Shown here one piece after another: positions 24,501-34,999 of a stretch of 64,000 bases of DNA. Position numbers and translations under genes: made by a program. This DNA is from Bispira polyomma. Taxonomy: Eukaryota. Where the stretch lies: positions 12,028,001 to 12,092,000 of the forward strand of contig OZ287754.1 of the NCBI GenBank assembly GCA_965649765.1. Direction: 5' to 3'. The notes below the pieces were generated by a model, which saw only the letters and a program-made list of their open reading frames with translations, searched no databases and was not told where the DNA came from. How positions within the stretch are numbered: position 1 is the stretch's first letter; each line of letters opens with the position of its first letter.

Positions 24501-27500
24501 TTTTTGAGATACTAATACATCTATTTATTTATTTGGACTTTGTTAGTCTGAAGAGCTTTTAATGCAGTCCATAACAGGCAGAGTATGAAGCAGTACATAT
24601 TTTACTCTTGCCAATTTTTATTTCCTATACAACATCCCCTCTTCTATTTCAATATCTTGAATAGTCTGTAATTTTGCAAGCCCTTTTGATGCCAGGCATC
24701 TTCTGAATCAGAATCAATGGTGGCAATTATAATCAGTTTTCAAAGAAAGAAACTGATTAAGAGGATGCTTAATTATTTCATGACAATGAATTCTCTGCTT
24801 TAGGATTATCCCTTGTTGATGAACAAAACAGAACACAGTCGAATAGCAGTTACTATTGCCGATCTTTAGAATCCCTTGTTTTACACATATTTGCAAAGTA
24901 GATTAAATTCCAATTTTTATTTCTTTATATGGGAAATTATGTCAGGAACTCCTCTATAATATTGTAGATTGTTTTAAGACGTATTTCTTGATATAGCCAT
25001 AATTGTGTATTTCCTACGCCATTCAAAAATTACATGAAAGAAATACATACGATCGGTATGTACAAATATATATATTTACAGATATTAATGAATGTGAAGA
25101 AGTCAACTGTGTCAACGGTACATGCACGGACCTAATTAATTCTTTCAATTGCATTTGTGATGATGGGTATGAGGGAGAACTGTGCGCCTCAGGTATGAGT
25201 ACTATTTCTTCTTCATCCTAATTTATTTCAGAAGTTTATCAAATATTGTATTATGAGCATACATATAACCCGCAGGTTAACCTATACCAATTTAAAGAAA
25301 GTTCTCGATATCCTATATGGATAAAAATAACACCAGCTAGGAAACCTTCCTTGATTTAAACATGCATTAATGATGGTAGTCTCAATATTTTATTTGGTAG
25401 AGTAGTAAATCAATTAATAATGGTGATAAGATTACAAAATATGGTTCCCTTTGGAATAGACCATTGCTTAAAAATTTTAAATTTTATTATAGACTCAAAT
25501 ATTTTGGTACTGTGATAAAGCAAAGAAATGTGCATTGATTGTGTGCATAACCTTCAAACTGTTGGATATGTCTTATTTTGTCTTATGTTTCATGATGTAT
25601 CTCCTGAATTTCCCTAGATGTGAATGAATGTGATGATGATCCATGTCAAAATGGTGGCAATTGCTCAAATTCTGAGGGATCATTTGTCTGTGAATGTGGA
25701 CCCGGTTTCTCTGGCAATTTGTGTGAAGAAGGTAGGTCGGACAAATGAATTTTACAACAGGAGAATACACTATGCAGGTGCCAGGGCCCATCATGGATGA
25801 CCTAAATCATCAGTCAACTCAAGTAAAGACTGTATAAAAATTACTTTATTATTCCACTAAACCATTTCGGCAATGAATTACCATATGATGTCTGATTTGA
25901 CCTAGCATTATTTAATTACAATGTACACATTGCCGTGCCCGCTGATGTACTTATTCTTTACAGAGCAGTAATCTAACATAAAAGTGTAGTCAATCTCATT
26001 GAACAGTGTACTTTTTTATCAATTTACAATAATAATACGCAAGGGGGTTTAGAGTGTGGCCGGCCCCCACATTTAGAGATATTCGGCCTGGGGATTTGGA
26101 TTTTTCATGGTATTCACCGACTACTTTCATTTTTATAAAAGATTTCATCAAAAAGTAGGTCTTATGGTATGACTTTCATTGCTGTTTCATTTCTTTTCAC
26201 ACTACATACAATGGATTTTTACTCCAATCGTATCTTTCTTTCCTTGGTCAATTATTTTCTGTAGCATTTCTCTCGTAAAATTGACCGCTCATAGCATGGA
26301 GTGATGCCATCACAATATGGCAGATCTTGCTTTCAATAAAATATGCAAAAATAGATAAAAATGTTGCGAATTTAGTGAAGGACTATCATATGTTGAAGTA
26401 AAATATGACAATATACCTAACATACAACCAACTGAGCATTTTTTTTCTTTTTTACAGCATGTAATAAGAATTTTTTATCGGAACCGTGAGTATACAGTCA
26501 CCACTTTTCAGCCCGCATTCCCTTAAAAGGTACTTGGCCTTCAACAATCAGCTGATCGTTGAGATAGATACTTCTAGGTTGGCAGATAGATAGATAAACT
26601 TTTTTATTTCACTTTTAGGTAGACACGATGACAGGTCGACTTATACGTCGACAGATATATATTTTTTTAAGTTTTAGGTAAACATGTCGACAGATCATTT
26701 TTTGGGGTAAGATATAGGTTGACAGGTCGACAGATAAATAGACAATTTTTTTTGTAACGTTTAGGTTGACAGGTTTTTTGCAGGTTATAGTTAACTATTT
26801 CTGACAGTTGACTCTACACAATCTGCCAACATACAAAGCCGTGCCTGTGGCAATAGCTAGTAATAAATTAATATATTATAGAACAACTACAGAAGCCAAT
26901 GTATTTGACAGTCTCTGGTTATTTTAGTTAAACACATTTTATTATAGATTACGATTATGAATACTGCTGTACACAATGAATAATAATAGGTATATTCCTG
27001 TTTTCTGAACAAATTGTTTTACACAATTTTATAATCTTATCGTCAGTATGGAGAGGCAGTAAGAGATGTTTTAAAAATCATCAGTGGAGGGGGGATAACC
27101 CTGTCTATAACTTCCTGTATGTTTAGCTTACTTTGGGAACCTTTGTAAACATTCTGTAGTCAGCTGCGCACAGTAATAATGTTGAGTAGGGTCAAAACTT
27201 CTGTGTCACCAAGATGGAAAAGGGTGGTAAAATACCTTCGAGTATTTCTGTATTGCTAGTCTAACTCTTGCTAGTCTGTAAACTTATCCAAAGATTTGGG
27301 GTATATTGCCTTAGATGCAACAGTTAATATTACACGAATAAAGTCCAAGGGTTTTACAATGACTTGATTTACTGATTATTTCACTTTTATTTGCAGACCT
27401 TGATGAATGTATGAACCTCAGTCCCTGCAGTAATGGCACCTGTCTAAATACAGTGGGCTCATACACATGTATCTGTGATGATGGGTATACTGGGGAAGAG

Positions 27501-30500
27501 TGTGATGAAAGTAAGCACCTTTTGTACTCTTAATGTCTAAACAACATATGGTCACACAAAGCACTTGTACAAGACGATTAAAGGTCACTGTATTTTGGTA
27601 ATTACAACATCCTGCAGATGATCCTGTTTCTATCCCACAGTTACAGCCAGATAACACAGTGACTTGATGATGACCACTTATTATTGACATCGCAAGTAGC
27701 AGGCTGAAAAACCTCTGAACATTTAGGAAGAATGGTCATCTACAAGCGTAAAGTTAGTGGTTGGCTGTCATAAAAAGAATGTACCCTAGGAACTTTGTGT
27801 GCTAAAATAGAAGTACTACTTTTAAAAATGGAATGTTAATGGGATTAGTGGCTATATATTCACCCAAAGCACCATTTGCATTTATGTTTTTAGATATCAA
27901 CGAATGCAACAACAATCCTTGCTTTAATGGAGGAATATGTTCAGACACACGTGGATCTTTTACCTGTGATTGCACTGGTACTGGCTATACTGGCGACGTC
28001 TGTGGGATTGGTGGGTATATTGTGACACTTTTTCATTCAATCTGTGAAATAAGTCATTAGGTAAAAAGCCTGCAAATTATGTTACGTACCTCACATGGTC
28101 CCCCATGGCCTAGTGGTTTAAGAGTTGGTATGATGATAAGAAGGTCACGGGCTCTACTCACAGTATCGGCTGCTAGTTTTATTGGTGGAATAACATCCTT
28201 GGGTAAGATATGTACACACATTTTCCTAATGGCTCGGATGACTACTTAAAATCCCTCTGTCTTTGAGTCCTATCCCCAGTGGCAAGCTAACGATCTTTGG
28301 AGACATTGAGTAGTTGTCATCCTTCAGTTTTTGGAATGACAGTAGTAACAGATGCAGTTGACTATTCCAGTCAGGAAAGGTCAAATAGTCATATAATCAC
28401 TGTGACATCACTAGTCATTTTATTTCATTTTTTCGTAAATTACAAAATCCTTTTATATTGAACGTTATATTAAGCTGTACTTTATTGATATTTATTGAAA
28501 CATCAAAACTTTTTGTACCAAATATAGCTGTAAACAATAAACCAGAGAAATAGCATATATTTCTTAATATTTTCAAATAGTACTCTTTTTCTGGATTACT
28601 CATTGGTAACATTTACTCCTGCCCAATGACAGGTGGGACACTAGCATTGAATGTCTGCATAGCAATGAATGTCAATCTAGAATGAATATCAATCTGGTGG
28701 CATATGTAAAGTAAAAGAATAACTTATTAGACTACAACAACAATTTTCTGCTAGTTTTAGAGGTATATTGTAAATAATCATTCAAGAACACGGTACTCAT
28801 TACACACTGATCTTTCGCCAGATCTGCACAAAAATGTAATGGATTCTTCACATGTTCTACCCTCCTCAAATTGGTTAAGTAGCTTTTGTGTGATCCTTCA
28901 ATCGAACCAACTAACTAATAAACAAACAAACCAACAAACAAACCTACAGGCGTAAAAGTGTAAGTAACTAAATAAGTAACTCTGTACCTTAGAAAGACAA
29001 ATCTTTCCAAAAGACTTGCCCAGTCAATATGTGGCTGGACATTCAGTGGTAGCTGAGTACCATCATTCGCTGGTGGGTCATCAACAGTGTTGTCTCCATT
29101 TCCTAAGAATTCGCTAATGAACAACCAGTCTTGTAGTCTGCATCTCCATAAAAATGAAGTAACATGAGTCAATCCTACTCCAGACTACAGCATTTACCAG
29201 AGAATCGATAGTTGACTACTTTTTCTTTATTTGTATTTTTATGTTTGTATTATGATAATCACTTGCACCATTTATATAATGCCAACTGGATGATATTACA
29301 TCTTCCAAGGCATTTATTCTTTAATATCACTTCACATAAATTTTTCTATATACAGTAGTTTCCAGACATATGTAGTTTGAACGGATGAGAAACAGACTTA
29401 AAGGTCGTTTTTATATGCTACCATTTCTCAGTCGGTTCTGATATTGATCGATAGTTACAGATATTTCCATTTTAGTATTGATCTCATGATGCATCAACAT
29501 TTCGCCTCATATATATAAATAATTTACACCTATTTAGTAAAGTGTAGTGGGTTTTTTTCAGCCTCGTGTGAATACAGAGAAATCCACCGTTGTTTAGACT
29601 TGTTTAAACTTATCCAAAGATTTGGGGGTATATTGCCACAGATGGAACAGTTAATATCACACAAATCAAGTCCAAGGGTTTTACAATGATTTGATTTACT
29701 GATTATTTCACTTTTATTTGCAGACCTTGATGAATGTATGAACCTCAGTCCCTGCAGTAATGGCACCTGTCTAAATACAGTGGGCTCATACACATGTATC
29801 TGTGATGATGGGTACACTGGGGAAGAGTGTGATGAAAGTAAGCACCTTTTTGTACTCTTAATGTCTAAACAACATATGATCACACGAAGCACTTGTACAA
29901 GACGATTGAAGGCCACTGTATTTTGGTAGTTACAACATCCTGCAGATGATCCTGTTTCTATCCCACAGTTACAGCCAGATAACATAGTGACTTGATGATG
30001 ACCACTTATTATTGACATCGCAAGTAGCAGGCTGAAAAACCTCTGAACATTTAGGAAGAATGGTCATCTACAAGCCTAAAGTTAGTGGTTGGCTGTCATA
30101 AAAAGAATATACCCTAGGAACTTTGTGTGCTAAAATAGAAGTACTACTTTTAAAAATAGAATGTTAATGCGACTAGTGGCTATATATTCACCCAAAGCAC
30201 CATTTGCATTTATGTTTTTAGATATCAACGAATGCAACAACAATCCCTGCTTTAATGGAGGAATATGTTCAGACACACGTGGATCTTTTACCTGTGATTG
30301 CACTGGTACTGGCTATACTGGCGACGTCTGTGGGATTGGTGGGTATATTGTGACACTATTACATTCAATCTGTGAAATAAGTTATTAGGCATAAAGCCTA
30401 CAAATTATTTTACGTACCTCACATGGTCCCCCATGGCCTAGTGGTTAAAGAGTTGGTATGATGATAAGAAGGTCACGGGTTCTACTCACAGTATCGGCTG

Positions 30501-32186
30501 CTAGTTTTATTGGTGGAATAACATCCTTGGGTAAGATATGTACACACATTTTCCTAATGGCTCGGATGACTACTTAAAATCCCTCTGTCTTTGAGTCCTA
30601 TCCCCAGTGGCAAGCTAACGATCTTTGGAGACATTGCGTAGTTGTCATCCTTCAGTTTTTGGAATGACAGTAGTAACAGATGCAGTTGACTATTCCAGTC
30701 AGGAAAGGTCAAATAGTCATATAATCACTGTGACATCACTAGTCATTTTATTTCATTTTTTCGTAAATTACAAAATCCTTTTATATTGAACGTTATATTA
30801 AGCTGTACTTTATTGATATTTATTGAAACATCAAAACTTTTTGTACCAAATATAGCTGTAAACAATAAACCAGAGAAATAGCATATATTTCTTAATATTT
30901 TCAAATAGTACTCTTTTTCTGGATTACTCATTGGTAACATTTACTCCTGCCCAATGACAGGTGGGACGCTAGCATTGAATGTCTGCATAGCAATGAATGT
31001 CAATCTAGAATGAATATCAATCTGGTGGCATATGTAAAGTATAAGAATAACTTATTAGACTACAACAACAATTTTCTGCTAGTTTTAGAGGTATATTGTA
31101 AATAATCATTCAAGAACACGGTACTCATTACACACTGATCTTTCGCCAGATCTGCACAAAAATGTAATGGATTCTTCACATGTTCTACCCTCCACAAATT
31201 GGTTCAGTAGCTTTTGTGTGATCCTTCAATCGAACCAACTAACTAACTAATAAACAAACAAACCAACAAACAAACCTACAGGCGTAAAAGTGTAAGTAAC
31301 TAAATAAGTAACTCTGTACCTTAGAAAGACAAATCTTTCCAAAAGACTTGCCCAGTCAATATGTGGCTGAACATTCAGTGGTAGCTGAGTACCATCATTC
31401 GCTGGTGGGTCATCAACAGTGTTGTCTCCATTTCCTAAGAATTCGCTAATGAACAACCAGTCTCGTAGTCTAGATCTCCATAAAAATGAAGTAACATGAG
31501 TCAATCCTACTCCAGACTACAGCATTTAACAGAGAATCGATAGTTGAGTACTTTTGTTTATATTTGTATTTTTATGTTTGTATTATGATAATCACTTGCA
31601 CCATTTATATAATGCCAACTGGATGATATTACATCTTCCAAGGCATTTATTCTTTAATATCACTTCACATAAATTTTTCTATATGCAGTAGTTTCCAGAC
31701 ATATGTAGTTTGAACGGATGAGAAACAGACTTAAGGGTCGTTTTTATATGCTACCATTTCTCAGTCGGTTCTGATATTGATCGATAGTTACAGATATTTC
31801 ATTTTAGTTTTGATCTTATGATGCATCAACATTTCACCCATTATTGACTTTTTACATTATATATATAAATAATATACACCTATTTAGTACAGTTTGGTGG
31901 ATTTTTTTCAGCCTCGTGTGAATACAGAGAAATCCACAGTTGTACAGACCCACAACATTTTAAATCACTATGCAATGCAATAGGTGAGCCCCTTGAAGCG
32001 AATCAAGCGTCTGATTGTTTCGAAATGGCCTGCAATGCTACCCAAGTGAACACAATCAACTATGTACATGATACTACAATGTGTCACTTTCTTGAGTGCC
32101 AGGATTCTTTGCAGCTGGTTATAACATCATCCAACACTGAAATTTACATACGCCAGCCTGATTATGTAACCCAGGATATATTATAG
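565..32186 (+). CDS. Spliced gene: type II membrane protein, TM-SEA-10xEGF-PAN/apple-like (~665 aa, 17 coding exons)
   Basis: Exons 565-593, 8398-8504, 11157-11278, 11839-11894, 12164-12351, 20950-21027, 21572-21682, 22279-22392, 23054-23167, 24100-24216, 25082-25192, 25618-25731, 27397-27510, 27894-28010, 29724-29837, 30222-30338, 31912-32186. All introns are GT-AG with matching phases; total 1998 nt ending in TAG. Confidence 0.8.
1981..2580 (-). repeat. B terminal repeat of copy 1, containing 9 TAAGGTNACCATAAA-type motifs (2111-2479)
   Basis: Motifs start at about 2111, 2138, 2185, 2222, 2243, 2259, 2290, 2329 and 2465. Confidence 0.85.
2587..3575 (-). pseudogene. Tyrosine recombinase of copy 1 (frameshifted near 3020-3060)
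   Basis: [37 protein letters not shown]. Confidence 0.92.
3609..6087 (-). pseudogene. pol (RT + RNase H) of copy 1, disrupted
   Basis: [24 protein letters not shown] and YIDDY (RT); LDACL, LEMLN, CDNQAVV and ANLLSRW (RH). No methyltransferase domain follows RH. Confidence 0.92.
6059..6093 (-). promoter_or_regulatory. Predicted -1 programmed ribosomal frameshift signal (copy 1)
   Basis: A_AAA_AAC, a 6-nt spacer, then the hairpin GCCACTGCA-GAAA-TGCAGTGGC; the -1 frame runs directly into ORF 5344-6063. Confidence 0.8.
6084..7116 (-). pseudogene. gag-like ORF1 of copy 1 (frameshifted)
   Basis: MPKVKVYGC...; [11 protein letters not shown]...QWVCGF...[11 protein letters not shown]; C-terminal CKFFQDGSC...H...HVCETC...H...C zinc knuckle ending KN*. 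Confidence 0.85.
8398..8504 (+). CDS. Signal-anchor TM exon ([27 protein letters not shown])
   Basis: Basic residues followed by a hydrophobic helix; ttttag| acceptor and G|GTAAG donor. Confidence 0.85.
9886..10129. mobile_element. MITE-like element
   Basis: Inverted ends TATTTTCGGCCTA / TAGGCCGAAAATA. Confidence 0.55.
11157..12351 (+). CDS. SEA domain, 3 exons (11157-11278, 11839-11894, 12164-12351)
   Basis: [21 protein letters not shown] ... [15 protein letters not shown], including the SEA G-S-V motif; junction phases 1-0-2-1 are consistent. Confidence 0.8.
12375..12569 (+). repeat. Split direct repeat A1 (195 bp)
   Basis: Matches 17911-18105 with about 3 substitutions by eye. Confidence 0.95.
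12906..13881 (+). pseudogene. gag-like ORF1 of copy 2 (one +1 frameshift, probably in the G run at 13160-13164)
   Basis: N-terminal CHKC...H...C; [31 protein letters not shown]; C-terminal CRYFQRGTC...H...HVCNQC...H...C. Confidence 0.9.
13869..13903 (+). promoter_or_regulatory. Predicted -1 programmed ribosomal frameshift signal (copy 2)
   Basis: A_AAA_AAC, a 6-nt spacer, then the hairpin GGCACTGCA-GTAA-TGCAGTGCC; pol is in the -1 frame. Confidence 0.8.
13875..16349 (+). pseudogene. pol (RT + RNase H) of copy 2: one frame interrupted by TAG at 14043 and TGA at 15372
   Basis: ORFs 14076-15374 and 15399-16349 share a frame. Motifs: [48 protein letters not shown]. Confidence 0.95.
16301..17347 (+). 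CDS. Intact tyrosine recombinase ORF of copy 2 (probable exon start at 16356)
   Basis: Catalytic set present: FLRISN (R), KWSKT (K), HTFRRSGA (HxxR), HGTW (W), WKY (Y). Confidence 0.95.
   Translation: MGKSKRHNVRNRLVYLIADVPSKLRKIATQASYRAHQAFRPATERAYTNMFRIFLAYCSFAQVRPQNISPLIILAFLEVLVVNHVSSSSIANYLSAVNAKLALYGLDVSTFADPRIKYYQKALTLNSPFRAKINAIIDIPLLLQITQICDSMYMGQIFKALYLIAFFSFLRISNLLPHAVSQFSPLVQLARGDVLFASPGLHLIIKWSKTMQSKNVAKVIKIPSLSGSSLCPVAATRALLAITPGHKNSPLFQFKKYHKWSPMIDTQARQNLTQILRRLGLQQSNISFHTFRRSGATWAFNNNVPIQDIQSHGTWTSDCVWKYIVQDHNASDQVALTFKALLSPSTTS
17357..17910 (+). repeat. Split direct repeat B1 (554 bp)
   Basis: Matches 19012-19565 with about 3 substitutions by eye; directly abuts A2. Confidence 0.95.
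17911..18105 (+). repeat. Split direct repeat A2
   Basis: Copy of 12375-12569; the B1|A2 junction is GGCACTG|TGCGGG. Confidence 0.95.
19012..19565 (+). repeat. Split direct repeat B2
   Basis: Copy of 17357-17910; ends AGGGCACTG. Confidence 0.95.
19796..20222 (+). repeat. Tandem repeat, 3 x 141 bp
   Basis: Unit GTGTTCACAACA...GACAATACTTTT starts at 19796, 19937 and 20078. Confidence 0.95.
20950..21027 (+). CDS. Linker exon ([25 protein letters not shown])
   Basis: Phase 1-1, polypyrimidine tag| acceptor, CAG|GTAAAA donor. Confidence 0.65.
21572..21682 (+). CDS. EGF-like exon 1
   Basis: [36 protein letters not shown]; phase 1-1. Confidence 0.85.
22279..22392 (+). CDS. Ca-binding EGF exon 2
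   Basis: [38 protein letters not shown]. Confidence 0.9.
23054..23167 (+). CDS. Ca-binding EGF exon 3
   Basis: [38 protein letters not shown]. Confidence 0.9.
24100..24216 (+). CDS. Ca-binding EGF exon 4
   Basis: [39 protein letters not shown]. Confidence 0.9.
25082..25192 (+). CDS. Ca-binding EGF exon 5
   Basis: [36 protein letters not shown]. Confidence 0.9.
25618..25731 (+). CDS. Ca-binding EGF exon 6
   Basis: [38 protein letters not shown]. Confidence 0.9.
26578..26830. mobile_element. MITE-like element with AGGT(C/T)GACAG subrepeats
   Basis: Inverted GTTGGCAGAT / ATCTGCCAAC; internal GTCGAC/GTTGAC repeats. Confidence 0.45.
27397..27510 (+). CDS. Ca-binding EGF exon 7
   Basis: [38 protein letters not shown]. 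Confidence 0.9.
27894..28010 (+). CDS. Ca-binding EGF exon 8
   Basis: [38 protein letters not shown]. Confidence 0.9.
28095..28330 (+). mobile_element. tRNA-derived SINE (duplicated at ~30423-30660)
   Basis: A box TGGCCTAGTGG, degenerate B box GG(C/T)TCTACTC, and a CATCCTTGGGTAAGATA core motif. Confidence 0.6.
29724..29837 (+). CDS. Ca-binding EGF exon 9 (duplicate of exon 7)
   Basis: Same peptide as 27397-27510; one synonymous difference (TAT/TAC). Confidence 0.85.
30222..30338 (+). CDS. Ca-binding EGF exon 10 (duplicate of exon 8)
   Basis: Same peptide as 27894-28010; one synonymous difference (CCT/CCC). Confidence 0.85.
31912..32186 (+). CDS. Terminal exon, Cys-rich PAN/apple-like domain
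   Basis: [11 protein letters not shown]...[33 protein letters not shown]...TQDIL*; phase-1 acceptor tttttttcag|. The PAN assignment rests on Cys spacing only. Confidence 0.7.
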
Positions 32187-32391
32187 ATTGATCAAATATT
32201 GAGGATTTCATGTGATTAACCACTATTATTAACAAAGGCAGTTTTATCTAGACCTATATTAGAACTACTTCAAGTGTTATTGGTTCTGTTGTTGGCTGAG
32301 TTTCCTTTTTTTCGGCCATAGAGTCTCTATTTTTTTAGTTAGTGGGTCCAAGATATTTATATTCAAATATAATAGACAATAACTATTGATA

Positions 32392-32432
<41 letters not shown>

Positions 32433-34999
32433 GTGACATTGACATTTGAAATGGTCCTTCACAGTTTATCATCTATCTGACAATTATTTAGCATCCAATG
32501 ACAAATATTTGGGGTTCTTGTGAATAGCTATACTTTAAAGCAAAAGCCAAGCCACCTACAGTAATATTAGAGTTTGGGGAAAGAAGTGGGTCAATGGAGT
32601 TATGTATATGAATATTCCAACTTCAGACAACTGACTAAACAACAATTAGTCATGCTACACTAACAGAAAACAAATTAAAACTGATACTAACATGTTTGTG
32701 CTTCTGTAAATATCTAAGTATCTTATTGGTTTTGTCTTTGGGGAATTTTACCAACAAAAGTTTAATAAAAGTTTAATTAGTTACAAGTTTAGTTGTACTG
32801 TCTAGTTTAACACGATAGCTCATATCTCTCTCTTTATTTTATGAAGTTCATAATAGCAACCTAAACTCAAGTCAAGGTTGACGGAAACTTAAAGATTGAC
32901 ATTAAATAAACTTAAACTCTGGGCCTTAAACCAATTTAAGGTCTTCGTAAATTGTAATAATGTAGGAGTGTATATTCAAATAAATGTCTAACAAGCATAA
33001 TGTAGTTTAAATGTGTACATTATTAATTGTCTTGAGATATTGTAAATAAATTTCATTTCCCGCATTACTGTGTTTTACCTGTATCCTTGGCTGTTGAACT
33101 TTATTAGTCAAACTATTTGTCAAGACTAATACAATTTTATGTCAGCCTTTCTACTTCTGCGGAAACTGGGGCGACAAATAGAATGTTAAGAAGTGAAACT
33201 AATGAAACAAAAACTGAAGCATTCAAGAAAATATTACAATGTAATAATAATTAAAGAATATTGTAATACAATATGATGAAATGATAGATTTTTAACGTGC
33301 CTCGTTGATTCCAGGCCTCTTCTAAAGCACAACATCACTGACAAATTTGTTAAAATCATAGTCTGTTTCTAATGCAAATATGTGATCAAGGGGTGGCGTG
33401 AAAGGTAAATATGTCTATGGAGAGTAAACGATGCAAGGCCTTGAAAGATATACACAAGAAACAAACAGTAAACATTTGTAGGCTGGAGGAATGTATAAAC
33501 AAGTCTCATTTGTAGGCTGGAGGAAGGTATAAACAAGTTTTTAAGAACAGAAAAGGAAACCCTTAAGAATATTATAGAGTTTATTGGATAACTGTGCACT
33601 TTTGGATATTTTTGATAAATCTAAATCTGCTTACACACCTGAGGCAGTTTTTTTTTGTACCAGGGATCTGATAACATTAAGAGTATCATCTGCTAATGTG
33701 GGTCTGTCATGCAGCATGTAGCAAAGATATACAATTAAACAATTGAACAAGCTGCAGGTTGTCGCATTATAAATTCACCATCTCTAAAAAGGCTTGCTGC
33801 ATGTGCATCACCAAATAACTAAAAGTGCTCCAAAAAAGGGCCACAACCCTGGACAAAACTTCAATATGCATGAATATTGTGGTTAATTGTTTATCCAAAT
33901 TGTGGATATTTTCACAACTAAAAACTGATAAAAAACTCATTCATGAACTATTATTCACTGGTTTTGTTGTCCATTTAATACATATTTGTTACCAAAGACT
34001 GAGATGAACATTTTGCAAGAATTGTTTTTACAAACTACTTCAAAAAAGTGAAAAAGTGTTCCACTTACACCATAGTATACTAACTCCAGCATCCAGTCCA
34101 TATGCACAAGGTGAAATCTGAAGGTTCTAGTCTGGTCTTTATTGGCAGTTCCAATATTTATAAACAAAGACTCTCACTGTTGTGGTAAACTTTTGATCAG
34201 GATTTTGACAGTAGCCATATGGAGGAAATGGTAGTGACTGTCAGTAGCAAAGATATACCAGCTTAATTTAAAACTAACAGAAATATTAATACTGAGAAGA
34301 AAACTACGAGTGAATACTACAAAATTGACAGATGGCCACAATCACAGGATAAATGGATTGGCGTGATGGACCTAGCTCCACGGCCATTACAGATAAGAAG
34401 AGGCTCTGAATAACAACTAGACAGTTTGACTTCTACCCACAGGTAAATTGTTAAATATATAGCTGTTTTGTGAAAAACAATATTATCTACATACAAGATA
34501 GAAATCTTTCCTTTTTTTAAATTCAGGATTAAGTTGTATGTTAAACTATGTACGCGTATTATGACATAAATTAATTGTTTGTCTTTATGTTTTATATATT
34601 CTTACATTGTTCATTTTCTGTGTAATGTATGAGGACTGTTATAACATGCAAGAATAAATTAATAAATAAATCAGCTAGATATTAAAAATACATCCAGTGA
34701 TCACTATAGTTTGTATACAATTTTGGTATTGGTGTTGTAACAAATAGGTGGTCTGTTTTTTGTGGTATGATTTTTTTTAAATAATTGTGCATGGCTATTT
34801 AAGTTTAGCATAATTTCAGATATAACCCTAATGTTAGTTGTGGGTTACAGTCCAAGTGTGTAACATGACAAGTTCAACATGTCAGAAAGGTCAGGTTTAT
34901 TTTTCAAAGTCAGATTGATTTTGGTGATGATTGTAAGAAAGGTAGTAAAAGATTCAGTTTGAGCATACACGGTCAATATCCCTTGTATACAGTTAGATG

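Larger units (their letters stand above)
27279..31949 (+). repeat. Tandem duplication, two units of ~2.33 kb (27279-29599 and 29605-31949)
   Basis: Near-identical sequence offset by ~2327 bp, with paired ORF-track entries (e.g. 27833/30161, 28415/30743). Confidence 0.95.

Noticed and set aside
28415-31504. Duplicated minus-strand ORFs (28415/30743, 28915/31247, 27418/29530)
   Set aside because: Their identity is explained by the recent tandem duplication; no domain or splice support.
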